Part shown: one piece after another, positions 51,236-61,564 of the stretch | Layout: the number at the start of each line of letters is the position of its first letter | Position numbering within the stretch: position 1 is the stretch's first letter | Source: an uncultured Methanomicrobiales archaeon | GTDB lineage: Archaea > Halobacteriota > Methanomicrobia > Methanomicrobiales > Methanospirillaceae | Reading direction: 5' to 3' | Assembly (NCBI GenBank): GCA_963697895.1 | Contig: OY969100.1 | Span: forward strand, 96,001 to 160,000 | Length of the DNA stretch: 64,000 bases | Position numbers and translations under genes: made by a program | Notes under the pieces: generated by a model | What the model saw: the letters and a program-made list of their open reading frames with translations, nothing else | The model's database searches: none | Told to the model about the DNA's origin: nothing

Positions 51236-51573
51236 AATACTGTACTATTGCCGATCGTGAATCATAAACGTTCTCTTGCAGGATATCCGGGAAGCCGCCG
51301 GACGCTGTTTTCCGACCCCGGTGAGGTACCATAAAGAGGTGCCTGCCAGAAAATCCCGGTGTTCCGGCCGTTTTTTTTATCCGGAGAGGAAAAACCGGAC
51401 ATAAGGATCGGGAAGAAATTATAACAAAATCTATAGGAAGACACGACAATTCATTACCGGAGAGACCGGGGATGGTGGCTGGATGCCACAATACCGTGAT
51501 GAATAACGGTTTTTGGCCGCCTGTACATCGGTACAGGAGAAACTCGGAGAACGATTAGGGAAGGCACCAGTCC

Positions 51574-52704
51574 ATGTTCCATTTCTCAAATCCTGCCCGG
51601 GTGAGACTGAAGCAATTTTTTTCTCTCCCGGATTGTTATGTTAAAATCATAAGGAATGAAGAATTTAAAAAATCCCGGAATAAATCAGGATGGGAACTGG
51701 CACGGGATCTCTGGACCCTTTTTTTCAGCTATAAAATGTTTCCCAGGATTTATGTCTGGTGCCGGTTATGGGAAGTGGACCGATCGCAGTGGAAATATTA
51801 CTACGGATATCAAACCATCCAGAAGGCGAGATTGCGAAGTACCGTTGAACCCCGGGAATACGATATCCTCTTCGACGATAAAGCGGTTTGTGAACTTCTC
51901 TGCAGGGGGATCGGGGTAACGAATCTTCCGCATACCTATGGTCTCATTCGTCCCGATCAGGACTATACCGAGAGGATCAGATCGATCTTTCAACATGCAG
52001 CGACACCTTCCCTGATCATCAAGCCGGTACGGGGTCATGCGGGGCGGGACATAGTACTGGTCACGATGACCGACGGGACCATCAGGATCCGGTCCGGACG
52101 GGAACTCATACCGCTGGAGGATTTTACGTTAGCAAAACCTGCGATTGTCCAGGAACTGGTTAAGCAGGACCGGAGAATGGCCGCATATTCATCAGCGTCC
52201 GTGAACACGATACGGGTCCTGACAATGTTCACCAAAAACGAGTCTGTTATTGTCCTGGCTGCATCGATGCTCTGTGGTGTCGGGGATTCGTATGTCAGCA
52301 ACTGGTCCGCGGGAGGGGTCGGGATCGGTATCGATACGGCAACAGGACGACTCATGAAATATGCGCATGATAAAAATGCAACGAGATATACGGAACATCC
52401 GACATCGAAAATTACGTTTGAAGGTTTTCCGGTACCCGAATGGGAGCGGATCATCGACCTCGCCACGACAATTCAAAAAGCATTCCCCTTTTACCGGATG
52501 CTCGGCACGGATATCGCCCTTCGGGAAGGGGGGGAACCGGTCCTTATCGAGATAAACAACGATCCGGGGTTTTCGGGAATGGAACAAACACGCCCTTTGC
52601 TCCAGGCCGAACAGAATCTGAAAGCATTTGGGGAATACGATCTGTTCATCAACAAACACCAGAGGGAACTGTATGCTGATAAAGAGAATACCGCGGGCGT
52701 CTGA
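51574..52704 (+). CDS. Sugar-transfer-associated ATP-grasp protein, paralog 1
   Basis: FDDK, IIKPVRGHAG, IVQE..Q, SVNTIRV, SNW.GG, HPTS, G.DIA, IEIN. Confidence 0.88.
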   Translation: MFHFSNPARVRLKQFFSLPDCYVKIIRNEEFKKSRNKSGWELARDLWTLFFSYKMFPRIYVWCRLWEVDRSQWKYYYGYQTIQKARLRSTVEPREYDILFDDKAVCELLCRGIGVTNLPHTYGLIRPDQDYTERIRSIFQHAATPSLIIKPVRGHAGRDIVLVTMTDGTIRIRSGRELIPLEDFTLAKPAIVQELVKQDRRMAAYSSASVNTIRVLTMFTKNESVIVLAASMLCGVGDSYVSNWSAGGVGIGIDTATGRLMKYAHDKNATRYTEHPTSKITFEGFPVPEWERIIDLATTIQKAFPFYRMLGTDIALREGGEPVLIEINNDPGFSGMEQTRPLLQAEQNLKAFGEYDLFINKHQRELYADKENTAGV

Positions 52705-52755
52705 TCTGCGAAATAACCGGTAATCCGGGTGAAGAGAGGCAGGAGGCATTCAGTC

Positions 52756-53898
52756 ATGTTGCGCGTATCGAATCCAGCGGTTAACCGATTGACAGAATTT
52801 TTTTATCTCCCTGATTGTTATCGGAAAATAATAACCAGCAAAGAGTTTAAAAATTCAGGTAAAAGATTACGGGTGGGGGTGGCATTTGATCTTCTGATCC
52901 TTTTTTTCAGCTACAGATCGTTTCCCAGCCACTACGGTATGAACCGGTTATGGGAAATCGACAGATCTCAATGGAAATATTATTTTGGAGACGAACTGAC
53001 AACCTACCAGAGATCAAGGCTGGGGAGCACGGTGGAACCCCGGGAATATGAAATTCTCTTCGATGATAAGGCAGTCTGTGAAATTCTCTGCAGGGGAATC
53101 GGTGTGAGTAATCTTCCCCGTATGCATGGTCTCCTCAGCCCCGGTCAGAACTACCGGGAAAGAATCAGGGCATGGTTACAAAATTCAGCAACAGGTCCCC
53201 TGATCATCAAGCCGGTACGAGGTCATTCGGGGCGGGGTATCGTTCTGGTAAAGGAGATTGAGGGAATTATCATGATCCAATCCCTGTCGGGGTTGGTACC
53301 CCTGGAGGATTTTACGTTGGAGAGACCTGCGATCGTGCAGGAGCTGATAAAGCAGGACCCGAGGATGGCTGCATTTTCCCGATCGTCGGTGAACACCATC
53401 CGCGTCCTGACCATGTTTACCAGGGACGAGTCCGTCATTGTCCTCGCCGCATCGATGCTCTGTGGTATCGGGGATTCTTATGTCAGCAACTGGTCCAGAG
53501 GGGGGGTCGGTCTGGGTGTCGATCCGCTCACCGGGCGGTTAATGAAATACGCGTATGATAAGGACGCAAAAAGGTATTCAAAACATCCGACGTCCGATGT
53601 TCCGTTTGAAGGGTATCAGATACCCGGATGGGAGCGGATCATCGACCTCGCCATAACCATACAGAGGGCTTTTCCCTGTTACCGCATTCTCGGGATCGAT
53701 TTTGCGATCCGGGAAGACGGCGAACCGGTCATCGTTGAAATAAACAGCAATGCAAGTCTTCTCGGACAGGAACAATCCTGCGGACCATTGCTTCAGGCCG
53801 AACAGAATCTCAGAGCGTTCGGGGAATATGACCTGTTTATCAACAGGCACCAGAGGGAACTGTATAAAATTTATAAACGAAAAAACGAGAGGTCATAA
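52756..53898 (+). CDS. Sugar-transfer-associated ATP-grasp protein, paralog 2
   Basis: Same motifs as paralog 1, with long near-identical stretches. Confidence 0.88.
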   Translation: MLRVSNPAVNRLTEFFYLPDCYRKIITSKEFKNSGKRLRVGVAFDLLILFFSYRSFPSHYGMNRLWEIDRSQWKYYFGDELTTYQRSRLGSTVEPREYEILFDDKAVCEILCRGIGVSNLPRMHGLLSPGQNYRERIRAWLQNSATGPLIIKPVRGHSGRGIVLVKEIEGIIMIQSLSGLVPLEDFTLERPAIVQELIKQDPRMAAFSRSSVNTIRVLTMFTRDESVIVLAASMLCGIGDSYVSNWSRGGVGLGVDPLTGRLMKYAYDKDAKRYSKHPTSDVPFEGYQIPGWERIIDLAITIQRAFPCYRILGIDFAIREDGEPVIVEINSNASLLGQEQSCGPLLQAEQNLRAFGEYDLFINRHQRELYKIYKRKNERS

Positions 53899-53899
53899 C

Positions 53900-55804
53900 G
53901 TGTGCGGCATAACGGGCATCTGGTCCTATAATCAACCCGATATTTCAGACCGGGAGATGGACAGCTTCACCGATATTCTTGCGCACCGCGGACCGGACGG
54001 GAGAGGCACGTACCGCGATGGGGGATGCGATCTCCGGCTCGGGCACCGCCGGCTGGCAATACTCGATCTATCGGATGCCGGGCACCAACCGATGAGTTCT
54101 GCCGATGGAAGATATTGGATCGTCTTTAACGGCGAGATCTACAACTACCTTGAACTCAGAGCGGAACTGGAAGCTCTGGGGCATGTATTTACCAGTCACA
54201 CCGATACTGAAGTTCTTCTTGCCTCGTATATTCAGTGGGGGGAAGAATGTCAGCTCAAATGTAACGGGATGTGGGCGTTCGCGATCTGGGATGCGGATAC
54301 CCGGACCCTGTTCCTCTCGAGGGACCGGTTTGGAATAAAGCCCCTTTACTATATCGTGAATGACCGGTTTTTCTCTTTTTCTTCGGAGATGAAAGGATTT
54401 CTCGCGTTAAAGTGCTACAACTACGGATTTGATGACGAAAATATCATACGGACCCTCCGTGAGGTTGACGATCTCGAAGGAACCGAGGAGTGCCTCCTTC
54501 AGGGAGTGAAACGCCTGATCGGGGGGCATTGCCTGACAATCGGATCGAAAAGAAGTCCAAAGATCACCCGATGGTGGGATACCCGCGACCACCTTGTCGA
54601 GGTACCGGAGACCTTTGAAGAACAGGCGAAAAAATTCCGCGAACTTTTTCTGGATGCCTGTCGTATCCGGATGCGCAGCGACGTTTCGATCGCCACAAGC
54701 CTGAGCGGGGGGCTGGATTCCAGTTCCGTACTGGCAGCTGTTTATAAAATAGGGCAGGTCGAAGGGTTTACCACGGACTGGCAGAAGGCATTTGTAGCCT
54801 GCTATCCGGAAACCGGGCTGGACGAGAGTCATTATGCGGGCGTAATGATCGACGCGACCGGAGCATTCCCCGTCTTCACGGAGATCGGGTACGATCTCGT
54901 GAAGAAGCATATCCAGGATATTGTCTATCAAAACGAGGGGATCGATCGGATACTCCTGGAAGGTGCATGGCTCAATTATAAGGCAATGCGGGACAACAAG
55001 GTCGTCGTAAGCCTGGACGGGCACGGTGCCGACGAACTGCTCGCCGGTTACGCAACGATCGTAAACACGGAGAAAAATTATGCTGTCCAGCACGGCAACC
55101 TGTTCTATTATTCCGACCTGCGGAACGTATTGAAAAATCTCAGGGAAGGTTCACAATCCGTACAACTGTCGATCCATGACGACATGATCTATTTTTTTGC
55201 CGCGAATTTCTTCTCGATGGGGAAGAAACTCGCAAATATGCTCCCCAGAAACAACAGGCGAGATCTTTCGCCGGGGTATTCTGCGGTGGTACCCGATCCG
55301 GTCATACAATCACATCTGAATACGACGTTATACGATTATTTTCATTGCCGGAAACTCCAGACCATCCTTCGGATTTTTGATCGTCTGTCCATGGCCCACG
55401 GGATTGAAGTCAGGATGCCTTTCATGGACTGGCGACTGGTGACCTATGCTTTTTCTTTACCGGACAACTGCAAACTCTCGAAGGGGTATACAAAATGGAT
55501 CCTCCGTGCCTCGATGGACTCAATGTTACCCGAATCCATTCGTTTGCGGAAGAATAAAATCGGCTTTTCATCACCGATGACACAATTTTTTGAATCGGGG
55601 CTCGGTGATATCATCCTTCCCCTCATTACCGATTGTGTTCATCGGTACCCGCAATTTTACCCCGAGGGAGATCTGGTGGCGGATATTCAACGGTATACCG
55701 CCCAGAAAAACTGGCCGAAATTACGATCGTTATGGCCAATCCTGCAGATATATCTCTTAATCGATGCGTTTAATAAAAAGAGGGATTCGCTCTTGGCGCT
55801 CTAG
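53900..55804 (+). CDS. asnB: Asparagine synthase (glutamine-hydrolysing)-family amidotransferase
   Basis: GTG start then CGITG (catalytic Cys2); HRGPD, FNGEIYNY, LSGGLDSS, GHGADE, EVRMPF, KIGF. Confidence 0.95.
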   Translation: MCGITGIWSYNQPDISDREMDSFTDILAHRGPDGRGTYRDGGCDLRLGHRRLAILDLSDAGHQPMSSADGRYWIVFNGEIYNYLELRAELEALGHVFTSHTDTEVLLASYIQWGEECQLKCNGMWAFAIWDADTRTLFLSRDRFGIKPLYYIVNDRFFSFSSEMKGFLALKCYNYGFDDENIIRTLREVDDLEGTEECLLQGVKRLIGGHCLTIGSKRSPKITRWWDTRDHLVEVPETFEEQAKKFRELFLDACRIRMRSDVSIATSLSGGLDSSSVLAAVYKIGQVEGFTTDWQKAFVACYPETGLDESHYAGVMIDATGAFPVFTEIGYDLVKKHIQDIVYQNEGIDRILLEGAWLNYKAMRDNKVVVSLDGHGADELLAGYATIVNTEKNYAVQHGNLFYYSDLRNVLKNLREGSQSVQLSIHDDMIYFFAANFFSMGKKLANMLPRNNRRDLSPGYSAVVPDPVIQSHLNTTLYDYFHCRKLQTILRIFDRLSMAHGIEVRMPFMDWRLVTYAFSLPDNCKLSKGYTKWILRASMDSMLPESIRLRKNKIGFSSPMTQFFESGLGDIILPLITDCVHRYPQFYPEGDLVADIQRYTAQKNWPKLRSLWPILQIYLLIDAFNKKRDSLLAL

Positions 55805-55943
55805 TCGCTTGAGATTTTTCCCGGACGAATTATGGCTGTTCATCCGACAATATCAGTCTGAACGGTCGGTTATTCTTCGTGCATATTTTTCTATCCATCC
55901 CGGACACTTAACAGATTCCCGAATAATTCCAGGAGGCGGGAAA

Positions 55944-56705
55944 CTACTTTTTTCGTTTCAGCACATGTTTTTTCATTTCACCGATCTTATCCAGCGCGGT
56001 CGGTTGGTAAAAGGTGTATTCGATACCGGTGGCAGGAGCTATCTGACAGGGCCGGCACTTCCCACAGGGCAACCCCTGTTTTGGATAATGACAGAACCAG
56101 ATTAGTTCCATGATATCGAAGAAATCTTTTTCTTCCGATATCGTTCGCATCTCCGCTTTGGTCAGGTGGGAAACAGGGAACCGGAAATATTTAAACATCT
56201 CTACAGCCGGTTCTGGAAACGGGCCTTCAACCCGGCATTCGTGCCCCTTACCGTTCAGTGATGGCCCGACAAAATCACGAAATAATAACAATTCTGCGGA
56301 ATGATCTGCCATTAAATCAGAGGGGGGAATTGTCAGAAATGCGTCTTTCTCGACACATAATTCCAGCTCACACGAACAGTTCCTCGCAAAGTTCGCTAAA
56401 ATTTTATATTGTCCCCCGATATGGACCAATCCTGACAGTCGCTGAAACCACCTGTTTATTTCCTCATCCTTCGGGATCGATTCACCCCAGATCATGTTAA
56501 CGGGCAACAGTTCTGTTGCACGGGCGGGAAATTTGGTTTGAAGACGATCCCGGATCTTTGTCATTGCCATGACCTCCTGGGCGAGTGAGTGGTAAGGTCC
56601 GACAATATAATGAGGTTGCACCGTCCGGGTTTCCATTAAGAGCAATTCCAATATCCGGTAGGTCGAATCCCATCCGCCAGTCCAAAGGATATTGATTGCA
56701 TCCAC
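55944..56705 (-). CDS. QueC-like N-type ATP pyrophosphatase, copy 1
   Basis: PP-loop WTGGWDST; C-terminal WFCHYPKQGLPCGKCRPC zinc-type motif. Confidence 0.78.
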   Translation of the reverse strand: MDAINILWTGGWDSTYRILELLLMETRTVQPHYIVGPYHSLAQEVMAMTKIRDRLQTKFPARATELLPVNMIWGESIPKDEEINRWFQRLSGLVHIGGQYKILANFARNCSCELELCVEKDAFLTIPPSDLMADHSAELLLFRDFVGPSLNGKGHECRVEGPFPEPAVEMFKYFRFPVSHLTKAEMRTISEEKDFFDIMELIWFCHYPKQGLPCGKCRPCQIAPATGIEYTFYQPTALDKIGEMKKHVLKRKK

Positions 56706-56924
56706 CCGATTTACCCGGTATACTATTTGCCTTGATTTTTATAAATCAGTCTATGACTGAAAAGATTGGCGAGCAACGGATAAAAGGAGAACTTTCCTAT
56801 TATCTCACAAGAATTGGGGAAAAAAGTCCGTATTAAAACGTCTTTTCCCGAAATCTTGCTTAATTCTTTCCTCTTACCTTTAGCCAATTCTTGGTTTAGA
56901 GAACTGAAGGAAACACGATATTGA

Positions 56925-57623
56925 TTATAATATTCGAACAGCAACCTGTTCAAAGCGGGCATTATACGCTATATACTCAAAATTAACCTGATTTTTTTCA
57001 ATATACTCCTTGAACGCTTTATACTCATGGTTTTGCCAACCCGGATAATTAAAAAATTCATCAAAAACAATAATGGTATCTTTGGTAATTCGTGATTTTA
57101 ATAAGTCCAAAATTGTCTTTGTTGAAGAATACAGATCACAATCAACATGAATAAACGAACAAAAATCGGATTCCTCTGATAAAAAAATGGGTATTGTATC
57201 GGTAAACCATCCTTTTTTTAAAATTACAGTATCTCTGACAGATGGCAATTGCTCCATCGCGAAGATTCCCTGAGGTGCATCTCCTCTCCATTTTTCAGGT
57301 AAACCTTCAAATGAGTCAAATCCATAGATCGTATGATTTGTGTGAGAAGCAATATAGTTAATGGATTTTCCTTCAAAAACACCAAATTCCAGATATAAGC
57401 CATCAATTTTGGTGCATTCCAAACAATATTTTAAGAGTGAAAACCGATCTCTAAACGGCCTTGCCATATGCATATCTGTGACGTAAATAAGGTCCACGGT
57501 ATCCTGCAATGCCTTCCTTTGTAACGCCCTTTCAATATTTTTTGCATCTTTATCTGATGCGTAATTAAATAAAATAAAAAAGGGCTCTTTTAAAAAACTG
57601 GTTAATCGGCTTTTTAGACTCAT
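56925..57623 (-). CDS. TylF/MycF-like SAM-dependent O-methyltransferase
   Basis: LEFGVFEG, GFDSFEGLPE, KGWF, HVDCDLYSST, FDE. Confidence 0.9.
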   Translation of the reverse strand: MSLKSRLTSFLKEPFFILFNYASDKDAKNIERALQRKALQDTVDLIYVTDMHMARPFRDRFSLLKYCLECTKIDGLYLEFGVFEGKSINYIASHTNHTIYGFDSFEGLPEKWRGDAPQGIFAMEQLPSVRDTVILKKGWFTDTIPIFLSEESDFCSFIHVDCDLYSSTKTILDLLKSRITKDTIIVFDEFFNYPGWQNHEYKAFKEYIEKNQVNFEYIAYNARFEQVAVRIL

Positions 57624-57908
57624 GTTTAAATACTGAGTAGGGATAAAACATAAAGAATAGCACAATATTTTTATTATAAAATTCTTCTTTCGCTAATCCC
57701 TTTACGCAGTGATGGTTGCGACTGGAACAGAAGTCCTTGTGGATAAGCACTCAGATTTTCAGTGTAGAAACGACAAATTCTACGCAGTATCTCCAGAGTG
57801 CGCCGGAATTGGAAACGAGAATGGATAGAGATTTTTTTCTGGAAAACTGGTCGCAATTCTTGCTGTCATTCGTTTCAAGCTGACCCAGTTACTTGTTACC
57901 CGTGTCGA

Positions 57909-58812
57909 TTACCGGTTGCCTTGGTTTCTTTTTGCATAATTTTCATAGGCAATTTTCCATGTTTTTGATATTTTCGGTTTATCGATCTCTGGATCCACCA
58001 GACGTTTGAAATGTCCACAATATTGACAAAAAACATTCAACGAGCTGACCATGTCATCGGACGCCTCAGGCAATTGCGTGTACCCGAGGTTGAATTCAAG
58101 TACTCTGTCGATACCGCCGGCGATTGCACACGGATAGTATCCACGGGGAGTCAGACCCATTCCACACACTTTTGCGATCCAGCACGCATTCCGGTAATCT
58201 GCTACATGATAAACGAACTGATCTTTGGGAGCAACATTAAAGACTAAAAAAATACGGAGTTGAGTCTATCTTTTCGGTATTTATTATCTCGATACCTTCA
58301 GGCAGACTGGACAGCATTTTATTTACGAATGTTCCATAGCCATTTGTTGCAACCTCGATCTTTGTTTTAGGAGAATAGTTCTCCTTGTAACCGAGGATCA
58401 TTTTCACAACCTCAGGAAAATGCGGATGCAGTGTCGGCTCCCCGCCCAGGAGGCGAATTCTCTTCCAGCGGACCCCTTCTTTCATGCTCGCGTCAATAAA
58501 ATCCTGGATCTGGTTTAATGTGATATATTCTCTGGAGGGGGCCTGGCTGCATGATCTATTACAATTCGAACATTTTAAATTACAAAAGTACGTTAAATCA
58601 ATTTCTATCAATGTGCGGCTTCGCCTGTATTGAGGCCCGATGAGAGGGGTAATCAAACGGCTTATCCGGAGAAACTCAAGGAAACCCAGTGCTGTATACC
58701 GAAAACTCGGTGAGGTTTCAAATGGTCTCGTTACTCCGAATAACAGGGGGGCGGGGCGTAATTCATAATAAGGAAAAATGCGGTTTAATGCCCTTTCGAA
58801 AAATCTACGCAT
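57909..58812 (-). CDS. Radical SAM protein with one frameshift
   Basis: CNLKCSNC, LGGEPTLHP, TNG. After a shift at the A7 run (58246-58252) it continues FNVAPKD...CWIAKVCGMGLTPRGYYPC...CQYC. Confidence 0.82.
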
Positions 58813-59054
58813 CACGAATAATAATGGTATAAACGGGCAATAAATTTGGTTATAGTGACACATTTCGTGATTAAAAGCCGATGGTATTTTTTTAATATAA
58901 TGGTAAAATTTTCCGGCAGCAGAAAACCAATTGTTACCGGTGGAAATTCTTATATTCTCACAATTTCTATAGAAGGGTAATTTCTATTCCTGATTTAAGA
59001 AAATGCGCAATCTGACATAAATTTTTATGAGAAAACCCTCTAACCTAATTGCAA

Positions 59055-61313
59055 ATGCCAGGAAAAGCAATCTGCCTTGCGACCAATCAATTTGAGGGGA
59101 TAGATCAAATCGGTGGTATCGGTACATATTACCGGGAACTATCAATACTCCTCTCAAAAAACGGCTGGAGTGTTTTTGTGTTATATCTCCCCTATTACAG
59201 CCACGTCAGTGAAGACGAATTAAAGGCATTTTCAAATTCTTTTCTTGAAATCCATGGAATTCCCATTTACGATGCAAGGGTCCTGTGTAAGGGTATCGAA
59301 GATCAAAATGATTTAATAAACGCGTATGAGTTTATGGCACAATCCGATCGCCATCTTGCCCAAAGTCATATGTTACACGAAGCAATTCAAATCCTTCAGA
59401 AAAAATATGACTTCACATTCGATCTTATTGAATTTCATGAATGGCAGGGAATTGGCGCGATTCCCGTGAGGATGAAAAAAATCTGCAAGAGCTATGAAAA
59501 TACGAAAATGATTGTTAAGTTACATAGCCCGGATGCCTGGATAAGAGAAAGTTTTTTTGATCCTTCGTTGTGTCAGAGAGACGTAAAGATCGATTATTTA
59601 AACAGATATTCTTTCGAAAATGCCGACATACAGGTTTCGCCAACAGAATATCTCTTACACTGGTGTACATTTCATGGCTGGGATGTGAGAGATGATGCAT
59701 CTGTATGCAGAAATATAATATCTCTCCCAAAGGAAAAAATTCCTGAAGAATTGGTTAAGGAACATATAATTGCCTTTTTTGGGAGAATCGAAGAGAGAAA
59801 AGGGTTATTAGAATTTATGGATTCCTTATTGTATATTAAAAGAAATCACCCGGAATTTCAGGAAAAATATTCCATTGCTTTTGTCGGTACGAAAGGAAAA
59901 ATTACAAATGAAAGTATTAAGGAACGATTATCGGGATTCAATGTCGAATTTCATTCATTTATTAATAGAGATGATGCATTGGATTTCATAAAGAAAAAAC
60001 CCAGCCTGGTGGTCATACCGTCCTGGCAGGATAATTTCCCTAATACCGTTCTGGAATGCATGTCCCTTGCAGTTCCGTTTATTTCCTCCCGGGGAGGGGG
60101 AATCCCGGAGATGCTGGGAAAAGATAGCGAGTTGTATAATTCAATTTCATGCGACGTTACAGACCCAAAACAATTGGGAGACTTGATCATCAGCTATCTC
60201 AAAAATGAGCCTGAGACTACGATCAGGCTCCTTTCAATGGCACAAGACCGGCTGCAGGAACTCGTGGATCCTGATGTAATATTGAGATGGTACGAAAAAA
60301 ATGTGGAAAATGATGTGCCGTTTAATAATCTCCCCATCAATATCGGAAATCATGAATCAGAAGCTTTGGTTACCCTTTCCGTGCTGGTTAAGGATCAGGT
60401 TACCGAACGATACCTGGAAACGACCCTGCAATCTATTCTGATGCAGACGTACAAAAATATGAAAATTCTCATATACGATACCAGGAGCGACTCTCAGGCC
60501 CTCTTAAGGTTTGATCACCTTAAAAGAAGGTATCCGGACAGGGAAATTACCTTCCTCCACGCCGAGGCCTCTAAAGGGATTAATGAAATGATGACTCACA
60601 TCGATACAAAATATCTTTTGATTGTGGATGATAGGAATATCGCAAAACCTGAGATGGTGGACACTTTTGTCCGGTGTATGGAAAAACAGGATTCCATGGC
60701 CTCCCTGTCATGTTACTACAGGTTTTTTACTGATGAAGACGAGGCCACGATTATGAACCATGTAACAATGTCAAAAGATGGAATTCCAAAAATATCAAAC
60801 AATTCCTTGTTTTCGTCAATAGGTCCCTGCATTCCGTTAATCTTTACTGAAAATATTATGGGAGATTCAAATGCAATATACGTGACAGAGATTGTTAAAA
60901 AGGTCGGTGGATGGCCATATTCAAAAAGTGGTTACCGTGACTGGACGATGCGGGTAAAATTATTGGCATACGGGTATCATATGGATGTACTCCCCGAAGT
61001 CCTCTTCTATTCCCGCCAGGGCCCGGAAGATGAGAAAGCCAAATTAAATTTATTGTATGTTGATGATGTTAATATCAACAATATTAAGAAATTTTTAAAA
61101 ATGTATCCGGATACGTATTCTCAGTATTACTGGAATATTCATAGATTAATGAGATGTCCTCGTCAGGAAAGACGGAAGACCGGAGATGAAAAGAGTCCCT
61201 TGATCCTGATCGGTAAAAGACTGGGAGAATTTGCCGATCGAAATCCGGCATGGAAAAAGATTTTTACCGTTTCTGGTAATTTTTTAAGGAAGATTCTTAT
61301 AAAAAAGGAATAA
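59055..61313 (+). CDS. GT4-GT2 fusion glycosyltransferase
   Basis: GGIGTY, FFGRIEERKG, DNFPNTVLEC, GGIPE, followed by a degenerate GT2 domain (TLQSILMQTY, VDDRN, RDW). Confidence 0.88.
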   Translation: MPGKAICLATNQFEGIDQIGGIGTYYRELSILLSKNGWSVFVLYLPYYSHVSEDELKAFSNSFLEIHGIPIYDARVLCKGIEDQNDLINAYEFMAQSDRHLAQSHMLHEAIQILQKKYDFTFDLIEFHEWQGIGAIPVRMKKICKSYENTKMIVKLHSPDAWIRESFFDPSLCQRDVKIDYLNRYSFENADIQVSPTEYLLHWCTFHGWDVRDDASVCRNIISLPKEKIPEELVKEHIIAFFGRIEERKGLLEFMDSLLYIKRNHPEFQEKYSIAFVGTKGKITNESIKERLSGFNVEFHSFINRDDALDFIKKKPSLVVIPSWQDNFPNTVLECMSLAVPFISSRGGGIPEMLGKDSELYNSISCDVTDPKQLGDLIISYLKNEPETTIRLLSMAQDRLQELVDPDVILRWYEKNVENDVPFNNLPINIGNHESEALVTLSVLVKDQVTERYLETTLQSILMQTYKNMKILIYDTRSDSQALLRFDHLKRRYPDREITFLHAEASKGINEMMTHIDTKYLLIVDDRNIAKPEMVDTFVRCMEKQDSMASLSCYYRFFTDEDEATIMNHVTMSKDGIPKISNNSLFSSIGPCIPLIFTENIMGDSNAIYVTEIVKKVGGWPYSKSGYRDWTMRVKLLAYGYHMDVLPEVLFYSRQGPEDEKAKLNLLYVDDVNINNIKKFLKMYPDTYSQYYWNIHRLMRCPRQERRKTGDEKSPLILIGKRLGEFADRNPAWKKIFTVSGNFLRKILIKKE

Positions 61314-61564
61314 GGTGCATCTCGCATTCAATGGAAAGAAAACAGAGCAGATCTATTTCAAAAAAAAAGATTAAGGATCATTCTCTCGCCTGTATATTGA
61401 TCGTCGATATCGTTCGTCATAGGGATAACGATATCACCAGGTCCTGATTCAACATAATCTATCGTGCGTGAAGGGAATCCGATTTCCCCCGCGATATTTT
61501 GGTATCATCTCAGCAATCTTAAATTAACCGATCGATTTGATTTGAAAAAAGATCGGGATCATTC

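Noticed and set aside
51574-55804. RiPP cluster (graspetide or lasso peptide)
   Set aside because: No precursor peptide, RRE or protease was seen; AsnB retains its catalytic Cys2 glutaminase domain, and the ATP-grasp motifs fit the sugar-associated type.
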